DNA of 64,000 nucleotides, taken from a virus. The stretch is taken from the IMG/VR virus record IMGVR_UViG_3300032236_001232, positions 32,001 through 96,000 of that record. The stretch is one strand, 5' to 3'. Of this stretch, positions 61,801 through 64,000 are shown piece by piece. Under the pieces are notes generated by a model that saw nothing but the letters and a program-made list of their open reading frames with translations, had not been told where the DNA came from and did no database searches. Positions within the stretch are counted from its first letter, which is position 1. Each line of letters begins with the position of its first letter. The position numbers and the translations under genes were made by a program.

Positions 61801-63223
61801 TTACATTAACTACCAATGTAGTTGTATTAGAGACCCAAGTTCCTGTGCCAACCGCAGTAGGAATCTGAACTGTTTGATCAGGAACAAACATTGTACCATC
61901 TTTCAGCCAAGGGCCGCTTAGATTGGTACAGTTTTGAATATAAGGACTATGGAATAAGTTAATACGATTATCGCCTTCCAACGGTGGGAATGCTGTACAA
62001 TAAGCACCTCTATTGAACCCAGGAGCATACGCACCTTCTAATAGACCACTGCGGCCATTTAAGAACTGCATGAATGCTAGATAGCATCCTGAATTCATAT
62101 GGAACAAATCTTGAGTTTTATTAATCGGTTCAATACTACAAGTTCTCAAATCTGATCCTACAATACTAGTATAAGGTTTTAATTGTAGTGGATTATCTTC
62201 TAAGTAATGCCCAGGGGCTACACGGATTTGTGTTCCAGATTGATAATAAGGACTGTTTAATGCACCGCCGATAGTTCGGCAAGCACGTCCTGCATCCATA
62301 GCACGACCATCGTTGGTATCATCTCCGTCCATGGTAACATAAAGAATATTGGTTACTACTGGAGCAGTTCCAATTGGGTTGGTTCCCCTAACTCTTAAAT
62401 CACCAAATACATCTACTTGACCAGCACCCAGCACCATTGTACTAGACTTTGAACTGGAATCTAAATACTTGGAATAAATGGTTTCTAAATAAGAACCAGT
62501 AAAGTTATTAACAGAATAAACTTCGCCACCGACTAAAATGTTTTCTGTTACAGCAGCACCGCCTTTAACAACCAAGGCTGCTGTATCTAGATCCACTCCT
62601 TGATCATTCCTTGCTATTTGATTAGCAACTACCTGTAAACGATCAGTGGACAATCTACCCTCGGCAGGATTGTAAGACAATCCCTGAGGATTATCCACTC
62701 CTACTTGTCCGGTATTATCGATAAACAGTGAAGCATTTCCAGTTCCGGGAGCAAATGTTAAGTAAAATGGGCTGTCGTCGTTAGTTTGTTGTATTAACAG
62801 TTGCGTAGATGTAGTTGCTGTTAATGCTGTACTAATTCTACCATAGATAAAGCCGCCTACTGCGAGATCTTTTTCTATACCAACACCGCCGGTAAAGTAT
62901 GCTCCGCCTAGCTGGCGTTCTGCTGTTGTGCTATATGCAGTCTGGTCGATAGTAGCAGGATCGTTACCTGTAGGATTAAGAATATTTCCTACGTTATGAT
63001 CCGCTGCCGCAGTTCCACCTGTAGTACCAACAATAACCCTACCACCAGTAACAACAACATTACCGGAATCAACAGTTACATTACCCGATACAACTTCAAC
63101 ATTACCTTGAGATACAGTGACTTGCCCGCCTGCTGAGGGCGTTAAAACTACATTACCAGCAGGAGTGCTGATGGTTTGATCGCCAGTAGATTTTACATTT
63201 TTAGAACCAGTAGTGCGGGCCAT
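58814..63223 (-). CDS. Large baseplate-proximal fibre/virion structural protein (pectin-lyase-like segment plus helical repeats)
   Basis: YVTMDGDDTNDG...CRTI..A...PGHYLE; three copies of KC.RD...(A/Y)D...GGN..SV..GL.Y. Confidence 0.7.
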   Translation of the reverse strand: MARTTGSKNVKSTGDQTISTPAGNVVLTPSAGGQVTVSQGNVEVVSGNVTVDSGNVVVTGGRVIVGTTGGTAAADHNVGNILNPTGNDPATIDQTAYSTTAERQLGGAYFTGGVGIEKDLAVGGFIYGRISTALTATTSTQLLIQQTNDDSPFYLTFAPGTGNASLFIDNTGQVGVDNPQGLSYNPAEGRLSTDRLQVVANQIARNDQGVDLDTAALVVKGGAAVTENILVGGEVYSVNNFTGSYLETIYSKYLDSSSKSSTMVLGAGQVDVFGDLRVRGTNPIGTAPVVTNILYVTMDGDDTNDGRAMDAGRACRTIGGALNSPYYQSGTQIRVAPGHYLEDNPLQLKPYTSIVGSDLRTCSIEPINKTQDLFHMNSGCYLAFMQFLNGRSGLLEGAYAPGFNRGAYCTAFPPLEGDNRINLFHSPYIQNCTNLSGPWLKDGTMFVPDQTVQIPTAVGTGTWVSNTTTLVVNVSTGTIAVGMSVNAGQQNPGFFNARTLLLANKPFLQQQVVARVDALFPGFEYNREKCYRDVGILVENTAYDAAFGGNEKSVESGLAYYNGVVSVIAGQEAQTIAAIEYLRDRSKEIVTNTTCTNTYTGYTAHQVINWALPGGAISTASISTLYGIVTATITSPSNSPDIYKSTGPDAAFVSAEILMQANRSFIQENTIKWINATYPGFTYDNDKCYRDVGLIIDAVSQDILLGGNQKSVEAGLSYWNRGYNYVAHQLTTTTNAINYARDRSLEVIANTVCTNTFTGVTHNQVINTFFQYGGDYMPQEAVKRNFNIVTTIINNGVSAAPPSYAGGGLFSLTGINGADVKIAPTVVSVTNTNQVYTVGLSTATIGFGNNATLYFGNTYIFPKQDFEVEQLSLEYTGNANTWNQRKVDPIGAMGGSLVDGAVVSDISPIQSFVYDAFTQLPQGGKGVHITNNGYAQLVSVFTIFCSTAVLVENGGIASITNSNSNFGDQCLVAKGYGPRAFGGTVFNPPNRAYPFSPGADGLDQYYPNGFWPNKGKVEVFLPDTADRPHISLIMEVEPPVGHINEQGFPGFLNAQPSTGTLTTSTIILRDIDTTDIAVGNDVYIRDQYGRQYDDNGVWYAGTGTVVTDINYNAITFNKALYPASTGTAGDPTNPTYFTLYFCGNSYYTVLSSTVATNPYELNNNILVPPSDTNLYQGPTYNQVNAHIASMVYLNTLTNKVISNTTVSPTYMTTSSQVVLPLITGGGSATAFINTRFANITNIIGAANITAAKAVVPANSVTKTGTITSGAGSAITLIKENLDFLADEVTAYVHAMQPGVFSGLTQAQIDYIDTKCKRDTKIILQRLIYDLETGGNYNSVMSGLSYWSRAGTHHIVELGEAVVSTDLFPDGATVNFYQRSYISASGYLFEYVGAGTNYGALPQRGILDPVQAKETIPLDGGKVFFTSTDQNGDFRIGRGLVISQATGVLSGRTFVQSLYANMTPFILAIE

Positions 63224-63253
63224 CTATCTTTTTCCTTTAGAGTATTTATTAGT

Positions 63254-63781
63254 TTAATGAATTCGCAGTTCCACAGCATCCACCATTACAGGATCACGAT
63301 GAGGCCAGTGTGGATGAGCACGAAACCTAAAAATTATACCAAACGTTGAATTTTTAATATCGTCAATGGTTAATGTGATTGCTTTCCATACATCACTGGG
63401 ACCACCATATACTTTTATCGGAGCAATAGGCAATGTGGCGCGATTTTCTCCGATGCTTTCTCCGTCAAGACACAGTTCCACAGTATCATCAGTGGCTCTA
63501 CCATATCTCTGTGTAGTAAGTCTTGCTTCTATCCCAGATAGTGTTTCTGGTAAGTTAGTAAATCGAAAACCAGTAGCACGAATATAATAAGTTTTATTTG
63601 TAATATCGTGTTTAGGACTGCGAGCAATATGTTGTAGTGCTCCTTGTGTTTGAATACTTCTAGCATCAAGAGTTTTTAATGCACTGAAGCTGTCTATTTC
63701 TCGCCAAGGAATATGTGTTGCTTCTCCGCCAGGTTCGACATATTGAATAACATTAGTAGGTAGGGTCCAGGCAGTGGTCAT
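63254..63781 (-). CDS. Hypothetical protein (probable virion structural)
   Basis: 175-aa ORF with TAAATA 5 nt upstream of the ATG. Confidence 0.6.
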   Translation of the reverse strand: MTTAWTLPTNVIQYVEPGGEATHIPWREIDSFSALKTLDARSIQTQGALQHIARSPKHDITNKTYYIRATGFRFTNLPETLSGIEARLTTQRYGRATDDTVELCLDGESIGENRATLPIAPIKVYGGPSDVWKAITLTIDDIKNSTFGIIFRFRAHPHWPHRDPVMVDAVELRIH

Positions 63782-63807
63782 ACCAGTATTTATGTTATGT
63801 TATAAAT

Positions 63808-63834
63808 GGAAAAGGGCCGCAAAGGGCCCTTTTC
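63808..63834 (-). terminator. Rho-independent terminator
   Basis: GAAAAGGGCC-CTTTGC-GGCCCTTTTCC on the minus strand. Confidence 0.8.
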
Positions 63835-63854
63835 TTACAGTATTTCTACTGTTT

Positions 63855-64000
63855 TTAAGCAGTATGTGCTAGGGAAACAATACCAAGGCTAGCACTGCTA
63901 ATAGACCAACCAGCGGACGAACCGTCGGCAAATCTATATCCAGCACCGGCACTGGTTCTTTGAACTAGATAAGCTCTGTGTGCAGTTAGCTTGGTTACCC
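63855..64000 (-). CDS. 3' end of a gene entering from the right edge (partial, function unknown)
   Basis: Open frame ...VTKLTAHRAYLVQRTSAGAGYRFADGSSAGWSISSASLGIVSLAHTA* followed by a terminator. Confidence 0.65.
   Translation of the reverse strand, partial: VTKLTAHRAYLVQRTSAGAGYRFADGSSAGWSISSASLGIVSLAHTA

Noticed and set aside
20751-63223. Diversity-generating retroelement or invertase shufflon acting on the fibres
   Set aside because: I saw no reverse transcriptase or recombinase, no non-coding template repeat with adenine-specific mismatches, and no inverted cassettes; the duplicated blocks are all coding and in the same orientation.
1-64000. Stop-codon reassignment, as seen in some jumbo phages
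   Set aside because: Genes are full length and densely packed under the standard code; the only broken gene (terL) is explained by the split intein.

Overview
This 64-kb window is the virion-morphogenesis region of a large T4-like (jumbo-type) myovirus, most likely an uncultured Caudoviricetes phage; it uses the standard genetic code and its genes lie mostly on the minus strand. From left to right it holds: a partial LamG-domain gene; an acidic head-associated protein; and a terminase large subunit broken into two genes by a naturally split intein (32-aa IntN, about 111-aa IntC) with a free-standing HNH endonuclease between the halves. Next come a putative small terminase, a gp4-like head completion nuclease, tail tube and sheath, dNMP kinase, neck/tail-completion genes (gp13, gp14, gp15) interleaved with two more homing endonucleases, and a Nudix hydrolase. 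From about 19 kb to 64 kb there is a very large fibre locus of about ten fibre/adaptor proteins, with collagen repeats, beta-helix repeats and S74 chaperones. Embedded in it is an operon of modifying enzymes: several glycosyltransferases, an FkbM methyltransferase, a sulfotransferase, a carbamoyltransferase and an APS-kinase/nucleotidyltransferase fusion. The most interesting signals are: (1) a fibre with about 100 Cys directly upstream of this modification operon, a candidate virion-fibre decoration system with its own PAPS supply; (2) N-terminal 'plug' and internal/C-terminal 'socket' motifs across the fibre genes that match in number and follow gene order, suggesting a chained or branched fibre assembly; and (3) the atypical split-intein terminase. 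All functional calls come from motif recognition by eye; no database searches were run.
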